A DNA stretch of 64,000 bases, from NCBI RefSeq assembly GCF_009914755.1, contig NC_060928.1, one strand, 5' to 3'. The position numbers were made by a program, and so were the translations under genes. This DNA is from the human T2T-CHM13v2.0 reference genome, Homo sapiens. Positions 1-13,500 of this stretch are shown one piece after another (the stretch's first letter is position 1; every line of letters starts with the position of its first letter). The notes beneath the pieces were generated by a model. The model was not told where the DNA came from and searched no databases. It saw only the letters and a list, made by a program, of their open reading frames with translations.

Positions 1-255
1 GAGTTGAATATTCCCTTTTATAGAGCACGTTTGAAACACTCTTTCTGCACTATCTGGAAGTGGACATTTCGAGCGCTTTGAGGCCTATGGTGAAAAAGGA
101 AATATCTTCCCATAAAAACTAGACAGAAGCATTCTCAGAAACTTGTTTGTGATGTGTGTATTCAACTAACAGAGTTGAACTTTTGTTTTTACAGAGCCGT
201 TTTAAAACACTCTTTTTGTGGAATCAGAAAGTGGATATTCGGATGGCTCTGAGGA

Positions 256-272
256 TTTCGTTGGAAGCGGGA
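256..272 (+). other. CENP-B box, intact (m1), representative of the intact boxes in each HOR
   Basis: TTTCGTTGGAAGCGGGA matches the NTTCGNNNNANNCGGGN core. Other intact boxes in this unit: 764-780 (m4), 1105-1121 (m6), 1786-1802 (m10), 2296-2312 (m13), 2634-2650 (m15), 2976-2992 (m17). The m11 box (1956-1972) is intact in most units but mutated here. Confidence 0.93.
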
Positions 273-593
273 TTACATATAAAATCTAGAGAGAAGCATT
301 CTCAGGAACTTCTTTGTGATGTTTGCATTGAAGTCACAGAATTGAACATTCACTTTGATAGAGCAGGTTTGAAACACTCATTCTGTAGTATCTGGAAGTG
401 GACATTTCAAGCGCTTTCAGGCCTATGGTGAGAAAGGAAATATCTTCGAATAAAAACTAGACAGAAGCATCCTCAGAAACTTATTTGTGATGTGTGTCCT
501 CAACTAACAGAGTTGAAACTTTGTTTTGATACAGCATTTTGGAAACACTCTTTTTGTAGAATCTGCAGGTGGATATTTGGATAGCTTAGAGGG

Positions 594-610
594 ATTCGTT
601 GGAAAGGGGA
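594..610 (+). other. Degenerate CENP-B box (m3); also m8 (1443-1459) and m18 (3146-3162)
   Basis: m3 ATTCGTTGGAAAGGGGA, m8 TTTCGTTGGAAACCGGA and m18 TTTCGTTGGAAAAGGGA each break the essential CGGG. The breaks are present in every copy I inspected. Confidence 0.88.
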
Positions 611-3361
611 TATCTTCATATAAAATCTAGACAGAAGCATTCTCAGAAACTTATTTGTGATGTGTGTCCTCAACTAACAGAGTTGAACCTTGGTTTTGAT
701 ACAGCATTTTGGAAACACTCCTTTTGTAGAATCTGCAGGTGGATATGTGGATAGCTCTGAAGATTTCGTTGGAAACGGGAATTTCTTCATATAAAATCAA
801 ACAGAAGCATTCTCAGAAACTTCTCAGTGATGTTTGCATTCAGCTCATGGAGTTGAACACTTCCTTTCATAGAGCCGGTTTGAAACACTCTTTCTGCACT
901 ACCTGGAAGAGGACATTTCGAGCGCTTTGAGTCCTATGGTGAAAAAGGAAATATCTTCTCATAAAAACCAGAAAGAAGCATTCTCAGAAACTTCTTTGTG
1001 TTGTGTGTACTCATGTAACAGTGTTGAACCATCCTTTTGACAGAGCAGTTTTGAAACACTCTTTTTGTAGAATCTGCAAGTGGATATTTGGATAGCTTTG
1101 AGGATTTCGTTGGAAACGGGATGACATATAATATCTAGAGAGAAGCATTCTCAGGAACTTCTTTGTGATGTTTGCATTCAAGTCACAGAATTGAACATTC
1201 CCTTTCATAGAGCAGGTTTGAAACACTCTTTCTCTAGTATCTGGAAGTGGGCATTTCAAGCGCTTTCAGGCCTATGGAGAGAAAGGAAATACCTTCAAAT
1301 AAAAACTAGACAGAAGCATTCTCAGAAACTTATTTGTGATGTGTGTCCTCAACTAACAGAGTTGAACCTTTGTTTTGATACAGCATTTTGGAAACACTCC
1401 TTTTGTAGAATCTGCAGGTGGATATTTGGATAACTTTGAAGATTTCGTTGGAAACCGGAATATCTTCATATAAAATCAAGACAGAAGCATTCTCGGAAAC
1501 ATCTCTGTGATGTTTGCATTCAACTCAGTAGAGTTGAACACTTCCTTTCATAGAGCAGGTTTGAAACACTCTTTCTGCACTACCTGGAAGCGGACATTTC
1601 GAGCGCTTTGAGGCCTATGGTGAAAAAGGAAATATCTTCTCATAAAAACCAGAAAGAAGCATTCTCAGAAACTTCTTTGTGTTGTGTGTACTCAAGTAAC
1701 AGTGTTGAACCTTCCTTTTGACACAGCAGTTTTGAAACACTCTTTTGGTAGAATCTGCAAGTGGATATTTGGATAGCTTTGAGGATTTCGTTGGAAACGG
1801 GTTATCTTCATATAAAATCCAGACAGGAGCATTCTCAGAAACTTCTTTGTGCTGCATGTCCTCAATTCACAGAGCTGAACCTTTGTTTGGATACAGCATT
1901 TTGGAAACATTCCTTTAGTAGAATCTGCAAGTTGATATTTAGATAGCTTTGAAGATTTCGTTGGTAACGGGAATATCTTCATAGAAAATCTAGACGGAAG
2001 CATTCTCAGAAACTGCTTTGTGATGTTTGCATTCAAGTCACAGAGTTGAATATTCCCTTTTATAGAGTAGGTTTGAAACACTCTTTCGGCACTACCTGGA
2101 AGTGGATATTTCGAGCTCTTTGAGGCCTATGGTTAAAAGGAAATATCTTCCCATAAAAACTAGACAGAAGCCGTCTCAGAAACTTGTTTGTGATGTGTGT
2201 ATTCAACTACCAGAGTTGAACATTTCTGTTACAGAGCAATTTTAAAACACTCTTTTTGTGGAATCTGAAAGTGGATAATTGGATAGCTTTGTGGATTTCG
2301 TTGGAAACGGGATGACGTATAAAATCTAGAGAGAAGCATTCTCAGGAACTTCTTTCTGATGTTTGCATTCAAGTCACAGAATTGAACATTCCTTTTCATA
2401 GTGCAGGTTTGAAACACTCTTTCTGTAGTATCTGGAAGTGGACATTTCAAGCGCTTTCAGGCCTACGGGGAGAAAGGAAATATCTTCAAATAAAAACTAG
2501 ACAGAAGGATTCTCAGAAACTTATTTGTGATGTGTGTCCTAAACGAACACAGTTGAACCTTTGTTTAGATACAGCATTTTGGAAACACTCCTTTTGTAGG
2601 ATCTGCAGGTGGATATTTGGATAGATTTTAAGATTTCGTTGGAAACGGGAGTTTCTTCATAGAAACTCAAGACAGATGCATTCTCAGAAACATCTCTGTG
2701 ATGTTTGCATTCCACTCATAGAGTTGAAAACTTCCTTTCATAGAGCAGGTTTGAAACACTCTTTTTGTAATATTTGGAAGTGGACATTTGCAGCGCTTTG
2801 AGGCCTATGGTGAAAAAGGAAATATCTTCTCATAAAAACCAGAAACAAGCATTCTCAGAAACTTCTTTTTGATGTGTGTACTCAAGTAACAGAGTTGAAC
2901 CTTCCTTTTGACACAGCAGTTTTGAAACAATCTTTTTGTAGAATCTGCAAGTGGATATTTGGATAGCTTTGAGGATTTCGTTGGAAACGGGATATCTTCA
3001 TATAAAATCTAGACAGAAGCATTCTCAGAAACTTCTTTGTGCTGTATGTCCTCAATTAACAGAGTTGAACCATTGCTTGGATACAGCATTTTGGAAACAT
3101 TCCTTGAGTAGAATCTGCAAGTTGATATTTAGATAGATTTGAAGATTTCGTTGGAAAAGGGAATATCTCCATATAAAATCTAGAGGGAAGCATTCTCAGA
3201 AACTGCTTTGTGATGTTTCCATTCAAGTCACAGAGTTGAATATTCCCTTTTATAGAGCACGTTTGAAACACTCTTTCTGCACTATCTGGAAGTGGACATT
3301 TCGAGCGCTTTGAGGCCTATGGTGAAAAAGGAAATATCTTCCCATAAAAACTAGACAGAAG

Positions 3362-6300
3362 CATTCTCAGAAACTTGTTTGTGATGTGTGTATTCAACTA
3401 ACAGAGTTGAACTTTTGTTTTTACAGAGCCGTTTTAAAACACTCTTTTTGTGGAATCAGAAAGTGGATATTCGGATGGCTCTGAGGATTTCGTTGGAAGC
3501 GGGATTACATATAAAATCTAGAGAGAAGCATTCTCAGGAACTTCTTTGTGATGTTTGCATTGAAGTCACAGAATTGAACATTCACTTTGATAGAGCAGGT
3601 TTGAAACACTCATTCTGTAGTATCTGGAAGTGGACATTTCAAGCGCTTTCAGGCCTATGGTGAGAAAGGAAATATCTTCGAATAAAAACTAGACAGAAGC
3701 ATCCTCAGAAACTTATTTGTGATGTGTGTCCTCAACTAACAGAGTTGAAACTTTGTTTTGATACAGCATTTTGGAAACACTCTTTTTGTAGAATCTGCAG
3801 GTGGATATTTGGATAGCTTAGAGGGATTCGTTGGAAAGGGGATATCTTCATATAAAATCTAGACAGAAGCATTCTCAGAAACTTATTTGTGATGTGTGTC
3901 CTCAACTAACAGAGTTGAACCTTGGTTTTGATACAGCATTTTGGAAACACTCCTTTTGTAGAATCTGCAGGTGGATATGTGGATAGCTCTGAAGATTTCG
4001 TTGGAAACGGGAATTTCTTCATATAAAATCAAACAGAAGCATTCTCAGAAACTTCTCAGTGATGTTTGCATTCAGCTCATGGAGTTGAACACTTCCTTTC
4101 ATAGAGCCGGTTTGAAACACTCTTTCTGCACTACCTGGAAGAGGACATTTCGAGCGCTTTGAGTCCTATGGTGAAAAAGGAAATATCTTCTCATAAAAAC
4201 CAGAAAGAAGCATTCTCAGAAACTTCTTTGTGTTGTGTGTACTCATGTAACAGTGTTGAACCATCCTTTTGACAGAGCAGTTTTGAAACACTCTTTTTGT
4301 AGAATCTGCAAGTGGATATTTGGATAGCTTTGAGGATTTCGTTGGAAACGGGATGACATATAATATCTAGAGAGAAGCATACTCAGGAACTTCTTTGTGA
4401 TGTTTGCATTCAAGTCACAGAATTGAACATTCCCTTTCATAGAGCAGGTTTGAAACACTCTTTCTCTAGTATCTGGAAGTGGGCATTTCAAGCGCTTTCA
4501 GGCCTATGGAGAGAAAGGAAATACCTTCAAATAAAAACTAGACAGAAGCATTCTCAGAAACTTATTTGTGATGTGTGTCCTCAACTAACAGAGTTGAACC
4601 TTTGTTTTGATACAGCATTTTGGAAACACTCCTTTTGTAGAATCTGCAGGTGGATATTTGGATAACTTTGAAGATTTCGTTGGAAACCGGAATATCTTCA
4701 TATAAAATCAAGACAGAAGCATTCTCGGAAACATCTCTGTGATGTTTGCATTCAACTCAGTAGAGTTGAACACTTCCTTTCATAGAGCAGGTTTGAAACA
4801 CTCTTTCTGCACTACCTGGAAGCGGACATTTCGAGCGCTTTGAGTCCTATGGTGAAAAAGGAAATATCTTCTCATAAAAACCAGAAAGAAGCATTCTCAG
4901 AAACTTCTTTGTGTTGTGTGTACTCATGTAACAGTGTTGAACCATCCTTTTGACAGAGCAGTTTTGAAACACTCTTTTTGTAGAATCTGCAAGTGGATAT
5001 TTGGATAGCTTTGAGGATTTCGTTGGAAACGGGATGACATATAATATCTAGAGAGAAGCATACTCAGGAACTTCTTTGTGATGTTTGCATTCAAGTCACA
5101 GAATTGAACATTCCCTTTCATAGAGCAGGTTTGAAACACTCTTTCTCTAGTATCTGGAAGTGGGCATTTCAAGCGCTTTCAGGCCTATGGAGAGAAAGGA
5201 AATACCTTCAAATAAAAACTAGACAGAAGCATTCTCAGAAACTTATTTGTGATGTGTGTCCTCAACTAACAGAGTTGAACCTTTGTTTTGATACAGCATT
5301 TTGGAAACACTCCTTTTGTAGAATCTGCAGGTGGATATTTGGATAACTTTGAAGATTTCGTTGGAAACCGGAATATCTTCATATAAAATCAAGACAGAAG
5401 CATTCTCGGAAACATCTCTGTGATGTTTGCATTCAACTCAGTAGAGTTGAACACTTCCTTTCATAGAGCAGGTTTGAAACACTCTTTCTGCACTACCTGG
5501 AAGCGGACATTTCGAGCGCTTTGAGGCCTATGGTGAAAAAGGAAATATCTTCTCATAAAAACCAGAAAGAAGCATTCTCAGAAACTTCTTTGTGTTGTGT
5601 GTACTCAAGTAACAGTGTTGAACCTTCCTTTTGACACAGCAGTTTTGAAACACTCTTTTGGTAGAATCTGCAAGTGGATATTTGGATAGCTTTGAGGATT
5701 TCGTTGGAAACGGGTTATCTTCATATAAAATCCAGACAGGAGCATTCTCAGAAACTTCTTTGTGCTGCATGTCCTCAATTCACAGAGCTGAACCTTTGTT
5801 TGGATACAGCATTTTGGAAACATTCCTTTAGTAGAATCTGCAAGTTGATATTTAGATAGCTTTGAAGATTTCGTTGGTAACGGGAATATCTTCATAGAAA
5901 ATCTAGACGGAAGCATTCTCAGAAACTGCTTTGTGATGTTTGCATTCAAGTCACAGAGTTGAATATTCCCTTTTATAGAGTAGGTTTGAAACACTCTTTC
6001 GGCACTACCTGGAAGTGGATATTTCGAGCTCTTTGAGGCCTATGGTTAAAAGGAAATATCTTCCCATAAAAACTAGACAGAAGCCGTCTCAGAAACTTGT
6101 TTGTGATGTGTGTATTCAACTACCAGAGTTGAACATTTCTGTTACAGAGCAATTTTAAAACACTCTTTTTGTGGAATCTGAAAGTGGATAATTGGATAGC
6201 TTTGTGGATTTCGTTGGAAACGGGATGACGTATAAAATCTAGAGAGAAGCATTCTCAGGAACTTCTTTCTGATGTTTGCATTCAAGTCACAGAATTGAAC

Positions 6301-7274
6301 ATTCCTTTTCATAGTGCAGGTTTGAAACACTCTTTCTGTAGTATCTGGAAGTGGACATTTCAAGCGCTTTCAGGCCTACGGGGAGAAAGGAAATATCTTC
6401 AAATAAAAACTAGACAGAAGGATTCTCAGAAACTTATTTGTGATGTGTGTCCTAAACGAACACAGTTGAACCTTTGTTTAGATACAGCATTTTGGAAACA
6501 CTCCTTTTGTAGGATCTGCAGGTGGATATTTGGATAGATTTTAAGATTTCGTTGGAAACGGGAGTTTCTTCATAGAAACTCAAGACAGATGCATTCTCAG
6601 AAACATCTCTGTGATGTTTGCATTCCACTCATAGAGTTGAAAACTTCCTTTCATAGAGCAGGTTTGAAACACTCTTTTTGTAATATTTGGAAGTGGACAT
6701 TTGCAGCGCTTTGAGGCCTATGGTGAAAAAGGAAATATCTTCTCATAAAAACCAGAAACAAGCATTCTCAGAAACTTCTTTTTGATGTGTGTACTCAAGT
6801 AACAGAGTTGAACCTTCCTTTTGACACAGCAGTTTTGAAACAATCTTTTTGTAGAATCTGCAAGTGGATATTTGGATAGCTTTGAGGATTTCGTTGGAAA
6901 CGGGATATCTTCATATAAAATCTAGACAGAAGCATTCTCAGAAACTTCTTTGTGCTGTATGTCCTCAATTAACAGAGTTGAACCATTGCTTGGATACAGC
7001 ATTTTGGAAACATTCCTTGAGTAGAATCTGCAAGTTGATATTTAGATAGATTTGAAGATTTCGTTGGAAAAGGGAATATCTCCATATAAAATCTAGAGGG
7101 AAGCATTCTCAGAAACTGCTTTGTGATGTTTCCATTCAAGTCACAGAGTTGAATATTCCCTTTTATAGAGCACGTTTGAAACACTCTTTCTGCACTATCT
7201 GGAAGTGGACATTTCGAGCGCTTTGAGGCCTATGGTGAAAAAGGAAATATCTTCCCATAAAAACTAGACAGAAG
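3362..7274 (+). repeat. 23-mer HOR variant (3913 bp): m1-m8, m9/m5 hybrid, m6-m19
   Basis: Unit spacing 3388->7301 = 3232+681. ORFs 4243/4924 and 4423/5104 repeat at a 681-bp offset. The hybrid monomer reads AAGCGGAC (m9) and then GAGTCCTAT (m5) at 4820-4850. Confidence 0.93.
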
Positions 7275-10200
7275 CATTCTCAGAAACTTGTTTGTGATGT
7301 GTGTATTCAACTAACAGAGTTGAAATTTTGTTTTTACAGAGCCGTTTTAAAACACTCTTTTTGTGGAATCAGAAAGTGGATATTCGGATGGCTCTGAGGA
7401 TTTCGTTGGAAGCGGGATTACATATAAAATCTAGAGAGAAGCATTCTCAGGAACTTCTTTGTGATGTTTGCATTGAAGTCACAGAATTGAACATTCACTT
7501 TGATAGAGCAGGTTTGAAACACTCATTCTGTAGTATCTGGAAGTGGACATTTCAAGCGCTTTCAGGCCTATGGTGAGAAAGGAAATATCTTCGAATAAAA
7601 ACTAGACAGAAGCATCCTCAGAAACTTATTTGTGATGTGTGTCCTCAACTAACAGAGTTGAAACTTTGTTTTGATACAGCATTTTGGAAACACTCTTTTT
7701 GTAGAATCTGCAGGTGGATATTTGGATAGCTTAGAGGGATTCGTTGGAAAGGGGATATCTTCATATAAAATCTAGACAGAAGCATTCTCAGAAACTTATT
7801 TGTGATGTGTGTCCTCAACTAACAGAGTTGAACCTTGGTTTTGATACAGCATTTTGGAAACACTCCTTTTGTAGAATCTGCAGGTGGATATGTGGATAGC
7901 TCTGAAGATTTCGTTGGAAACGGGAATTTCTTCATATAAAATCAAACAGAAGCATTCTCAGAAACTTCTCAGTGATGTTTGCATTCAGCTCATGGAGTTG
8001 AACACTTCCTTTCATAGAGCCGGTTTGAAACACTCTTTCTGCACTACCTGGAAGAGGACATTTCGAGCGCTTTGAGTCCTATGGTGAAAAAGGAAATATC
8101 TTCTCATAAAAACCAGAAAGAAGCATTCTCAGAAACTTCTTTGTGTTGTGTGTACTCATGTAACAGTGTTGAACCATCCTTTTGACAGAGCAGTTTTGAA
8201 ACACTCTTTTTGTAGAATCTGCAAGTGGATATTTGGATAGCTTTGAGGATTTCGTTGGAAACGGGATGACATATAATATCTAGAGAGAAGCATACTCAGG
8301 AACTTCTTTGTGATGTTTGCATTCAAGTCACAGAATTGAACATTCCCTTTCATAGAGCAGGTTTGAAACACTCTTTCTCTAGTATCTGGAAGTGGGCATT
8401 TCAAGCGCTTTCAGGCCTATGGAGAGAAAGGAAATACCTTCAAATAAAAACTAGACAGAAGCATTCTCAGAAACTTATTTGTGATGTGTGTCCTCAACTA
8501 ACAGAGTTGAACCTTTGTTTTGATACAGCATTTTGGAAACACTCCTTTTGTAGAATCTGCAGGTGGATATTTGGATAACTTTGAAGATTTCGTTGGAAAC
8601 CGGAATATCTTCATATAAAATCAAGACAGAAGCATTCTCGGAAACATCTCTGTGATGTTTGCATTCAACTCAGTAGAGTTGAACACTTCCTTTCATAGAG
8701 CAGGTTTGAAACACTCTTTCTGCACTACCTGGAAGCGGACATTTCGAGCGCTTTGAGGCCTATGGTGAAAAAGGAAATATCTTCTCATAAAAACCAGAAA
8801 GAAGCATTCTCAGAAACTTCTTTGTGTTGTGTGTACTCAAGTAACAGTGTTGAACCTTCCTTTTGACACAGCAGTTTTGAAACACTCTTTTGGTAGAATC
8901 TGCAAGTGGATATTTGGATAGGTTTGAGGATTTCGTTGGAAACGGGTTATCTTCATATAAAATCCAGACAGGAGCATTCTCAGAAACTTCTTTGTGCTGC
9001 ATGTCCTCAATTCACAGAGCTGAACCTTTGTTTGGATACAGCATTTTGGAAACATTCCTTTAGTAGAATCTGCAAGTTGATATTTAGATAGCTTTGAAGA
9101 TTTCGTTGGAAACGGGAATATCTTCATAGAAAATCTAGACGGAAGCATTCTCAGAAACTGCTTTGTGATGTTTGCATTCAAGTCACAGAGTTGAATATTC
9201 CCTTTTATAGAGTAGGTTTGAAACACTCTTTCGGCACTACCTGGAAGTGGATATTTCGAGCTCTTTGAGGCCTATGGTTAAAAGGAAATATCTTCCCATA
9301 AAAACTAGACAGAAGCCGACTCAGAAACTTGTTTGTGATGTGTGTATTCAACTACCAGAGTTGAACATTTCTGTTACAGAGCAATTTTAAAACACTCTTT
9401 TTGTGGAATCTGAAAGTGGATAATTGGATATCTTTGTGGATTTCGTTGGAAACGGGATGACGTATAAAATCTAGAGAGAAGCATTCTCAGGAACTTCTTT
9501 CTGATGTTTGCATTCAAGTCACAGAATTGAACATTCCTTTTCATAGTGCAGGTTTGAAACACTCTTTCTGTAGTATCTGGAAGTGGACATTTCAAGCGCT
9601 TTCAGGCCTACGGGGAGAAAGGAAATATCTTCAAATAAAAACTAGACAGAAGGATTCTCAGAAACTTATTTGTGATGTGTGTCCTAAACGAACACAGTTG
9701 AACCTTTGTTTTGATACAGCATTTTGGAAACACTCCTTTTGTAGGATCTGCAGGTGGATATTTGGATAGATTTTAAGATTTCGTTGGAAACGGGAGTTTC
9801 TTCATAGAAACTCAAGACAGATGCATTCTCAGAAACATCTCTGTGATGTTTGCATTCCACTCATAGAGTTGAAAACTTCCTTTCATAGAGCAGGTTTGAA
9901 ACACTCTTTTTGTAATATTTGGAAGTGGACATTTGCAGCGCTTTGAGGCCTATGGTGAAAAAGGAAATATCTTCTCATAAAAACCAGAAACAAGCATTCT
10001 CAGAAACTTCTTTTTGATGTGTGTACTCAAGTAACAGAGTTGAACCTTCCTTTTGACACAGCAGTTTTGAAACAATCTTTTTGTAGAATCTGCAAGTGGA
10101 TATTTGGATAGCTTTGAGGATTTCGTTGGAAACGGGATATCTTCATATAAAATCTAGACAGAAGCATTCTCAGAAACTTCTTTGTGCTGTATGTCCTCAA

Positions 10201-10506
10201 TTAACAGAGTTGAACCATTGCTTGGATACAGCATTTTGGAAACATTCCTTGAGTAGAATCTGCAAGTTGATATTGAGATAGATTTGAAGATTTCGTTGGA
10301 AAAGGGAATATCTCCATATAAAATCTAGAGGGAAGCATTCTCAGAAACTGCTTTGTGATGTTTCCATTCAAGTCACAGAGTTGAATATTCCCTTTTATAG
10401 AGCACGTTTGAAACACTCTTTCTGCACTATCTGGAAGTGGACATTTCGAGCGCTTTGAGGCCTATGGTGAAAAAGGAAATATCTTCCCATAAAAATTAGA
10501 CAGAAG
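7275..10506 (+). repeat. Canonical 19-mer HOR unit
   Basis: 3232-bp spacing with the full monomer order. Confidence 0.93.
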
Positions 10507-13500
10507 CATTCTCAGAAACTTGTTTGTGATGTGTGTATTCAACTAACAGAGTTGAACTTTTGTTTTTACAGAGCCGTTTTAAAACACTCTTTTTGTGGAA
10601 TCAGAAAGTGGATATTCGGATGGCTCTGAGGATTTCGTTGGAAGCGGGATTACATATAAAATCTAGAGAGAAGCATTCTCAGGAACTTCTTTGTGATGTT
10701 TGCATTGAAGTCACAGAATTGAACATTCACTTTGATAGAGCAGGTTTGAAACACTCATTCTGTAGTATCTGGAAGTGGACATTTCAAGCGCTTTCAGGCC
10801 TATGGTGAGAAAGGAAATATCTTCGAATAAAAACTAGACAGAAGCATCCTCAGAAACTTATTTGTGATGTGTGTCCTCAACTAACAGAGTTGAAACTTTG
10901 TTTTGATACAGCATTTTGGAAACACTCTTTTTGTAGAATCTGCAGGTGGATATTTGGATAGCTTAGAGGGATTCGTTGGAAAGGGGATATCTTCATATAA
11001 AATCTAGACAGAAGCATTCTCAGAAACTTATTTGTGATGTGTGTCCTCAACTAACAGAGTTGAACCTTGGTTTTGATACAGCATTTTGGAAACACTCCTT
11101 TTGTAGAATCTGCAGGTGGATATGTGGATAGCTCTGAAGATTTCGTTGGAAACGGGAATTTCTTCATATAAAATCAAACAGAAGCATTCTCAGAAACTTC
11201 TCAGTGATGTTTGCATTCAGCTCATGGAGTTGAACACTTCCTTTCATAGAGCCGGTTTGAAACACTCTTTCTGCACTACCTGGAAGAGGACATTTCGAGC
11301 GCTTTGAGTCCTATGGTGAAAAAGGAAATATCTTCTCATAAAAACCAGAAAGAAGCATTCTCAGAAACTTCTTTGTGTTGTGTGTACTCATGTAACAGTG
11401 TTGAACCATCCTTTTGACAGAGCAGTTTTGAAACACTCTTTTTGTAGAATCTGCAAGTGGATATTTGGATAGCTTTGAGGATTTCGTTGGAAACGGGATG
11501 ACATATAATATCTAGAGAGAAGCATTCTCAGGAACTTCTTTGTGATGTTTGCATTCAAGTCACAGAATTGAACATTCCCTTTCATAGAGCAGGTTTGAAA
11601 CACTCTTTCTCTAGTATCTGGAAGTGGGCATTTCAAGCGCTTTCAGGCCTATGGAGAGAAAGGAAATACCTTCAAATAAAAACTAGACAGAAGCATTCTC
11701 AGAAACTTATTTGTGATGTGTGTCCTCAACTAACAGAGTTGAACCTTTGTTTTGATACAGCATTTTGGAAACACTCCTTTTGTAGAATCTGCAGGTGGAT
11801 ATTTGGATAACTTTGAAGATTTCGTTGGAAACCGGAATATCTTCATATAAAATCAAGACAGAAGCATTCTCGGAAACACCTCTGTGATGTTTGCATTCAA
11901 CTCAGTAGAGTTGAACACTTCCTTTCATAGAGCCGGTTTGAAACACTCTTTCTGCACTACCTGGAAGCGGACATTTCGAGCGCTTTGAGGCCTATGGTGA
12001 AAAAGGAAATATCTTCTCATAAAAACCAGAAAGAAGCATTCTCAGAAACTTCTTTGTGTTGTGTGTACTCAAGTAACAGTGTTGAACCTTCCTTTTGACA
12101 CAGCAGTTTTGAAACACTCTTTTGGTAGAATCTGCAAGTGGATATTTGGATAGCTTTGAGGATTTCGTTGGAAACGGGTTATCTTCATATAAAATCCAGA
12201 CAGGAGCATTCTCAGAAACTTCTTTGTGCTGCATGTCCTCAATTCACAGAGCTGAACCTTTGTTTGGATACAGCATTTTGGAAACATTCCTTTAGTAGAA
12301 TCTGCAAGTTGATATTTAGATAGCTTTGAAGATTTCGTTGGAAACGGGAATATCTTCATAGAAAATCTAGACGGAAGCATTCTCAGAAACTGCTTTGTGA
12401 TGTTTGCATTCAAGTCACAGAGTTGAATATTCCCTTTTATAGAGTAGGTTTGAAACACTCTTTCGGCACTACCTGGAAGTGGATATTTCGAGCTCTTTGA
12501 GGCCTATGGTTAAAAGGAAATATCTTCCCATAAAAACTAGACAGAAGCCGTCTCAGAAACTTGTTTGTGATGTGTGTATTCAACTAACAGAGTTGAACAT
12601 TTCTGTTACAGAGCAATTTTAAAACACTCTTTTTGTGGAATCTGAAAGTGGATAATTGGACAGCTTTGTGGATTTCGTTGGAAACGGGAGACGTATAAAA
12701 TCTAGAGAGAAGCATTCTCAGGAACTTCTTTGTGATGTTTGCATTCAAGTCACAGAATTGAACATTCCTTTTCATAGTGCAGGTTTGAAACACTCTTTCT
12801 GTAGTATCTGGAAGTGGACATTTCAAGCGCTTTCAGGCCTACGGGGAGAAAGGAAATATCTTCAAATAAAAACTAGACAGAAGGATTCTCAGAAACTTAT
12901 TTGTGATGTGTGTCCTAAACGAACACAGTTGAACCTTTGTTTAGATACAGCATTTTGGAAACACTCCTTTTGTAGGATCTGCAGGTGGATATTTGGATAG
13001 ATTTTAAGATTTCGTTGGAAACGGGAGTTTCTTCATAGAAACTCAAGACAGATGCATTCTCAGAAACATCTCTGTGATGTTTGCATTCCACTCATAGAGT
13101 TGAAAACTTCCTTTCATAGAGCAGGTTTGAAACACTCTTTTTGTAATATTTGGAAGTGGACATTTGCAGCGCTTTGAGGCCTATGGTGAAAAAGGAAATA
13201 TCTTCTCATAAAAACCAGAAACAAGCATTCTCAGAAACTTCTTTTTGATGTGTGTACTCAAGTAACAGAGTTGAACCTTCCTTTTGACACAGCAGTTTTG
13301 AAACAATCTTTTTGTAGAATCTGCAAGTGGATATTTGGATAGCTTTGAGGATTTCGTTGGAAACGGGATATCTTCATATAAAATCTAGACAGAAGCATTC
13401 TCAGAAACTTCTTTGTGCTGTATGTCCTCAATTAACAGAGTTGAACCATTGCTTGGATACAGCATTTTGGAAACATTCCTTTAGTAGAATCTGCAAGTTG

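Larger units (their letters stand above)
130..3361 (+). repeat. Reference 19-mer HOR unit (m1-m19)
   Basis: Monomer starts at 130, 297, 468, 638, 808, 979, 1146, 1317, 1488, 1660, 1830, 2001, 2171, 2337, 2508, 2679, 2850, 3020, 3191; the next m1 is at 3362. Type order is B A B B A B A B A B B A B A B A B B A (11 B, 8 A). Confidence 0.95.

Noticed and set aside
278-286. TATAAAA TATA-like motifs after CENP-B boxes
   Set aside because: They are part of the ordinary B-monomer consensus; the sequence alone gives no evidence of promoter function.
12656-13000. Longer 114-aa ORF (also 16904-17248) as a possible new gene
   Set aside because: It results from the 1-bp deletion in m13 fusing reading frames.
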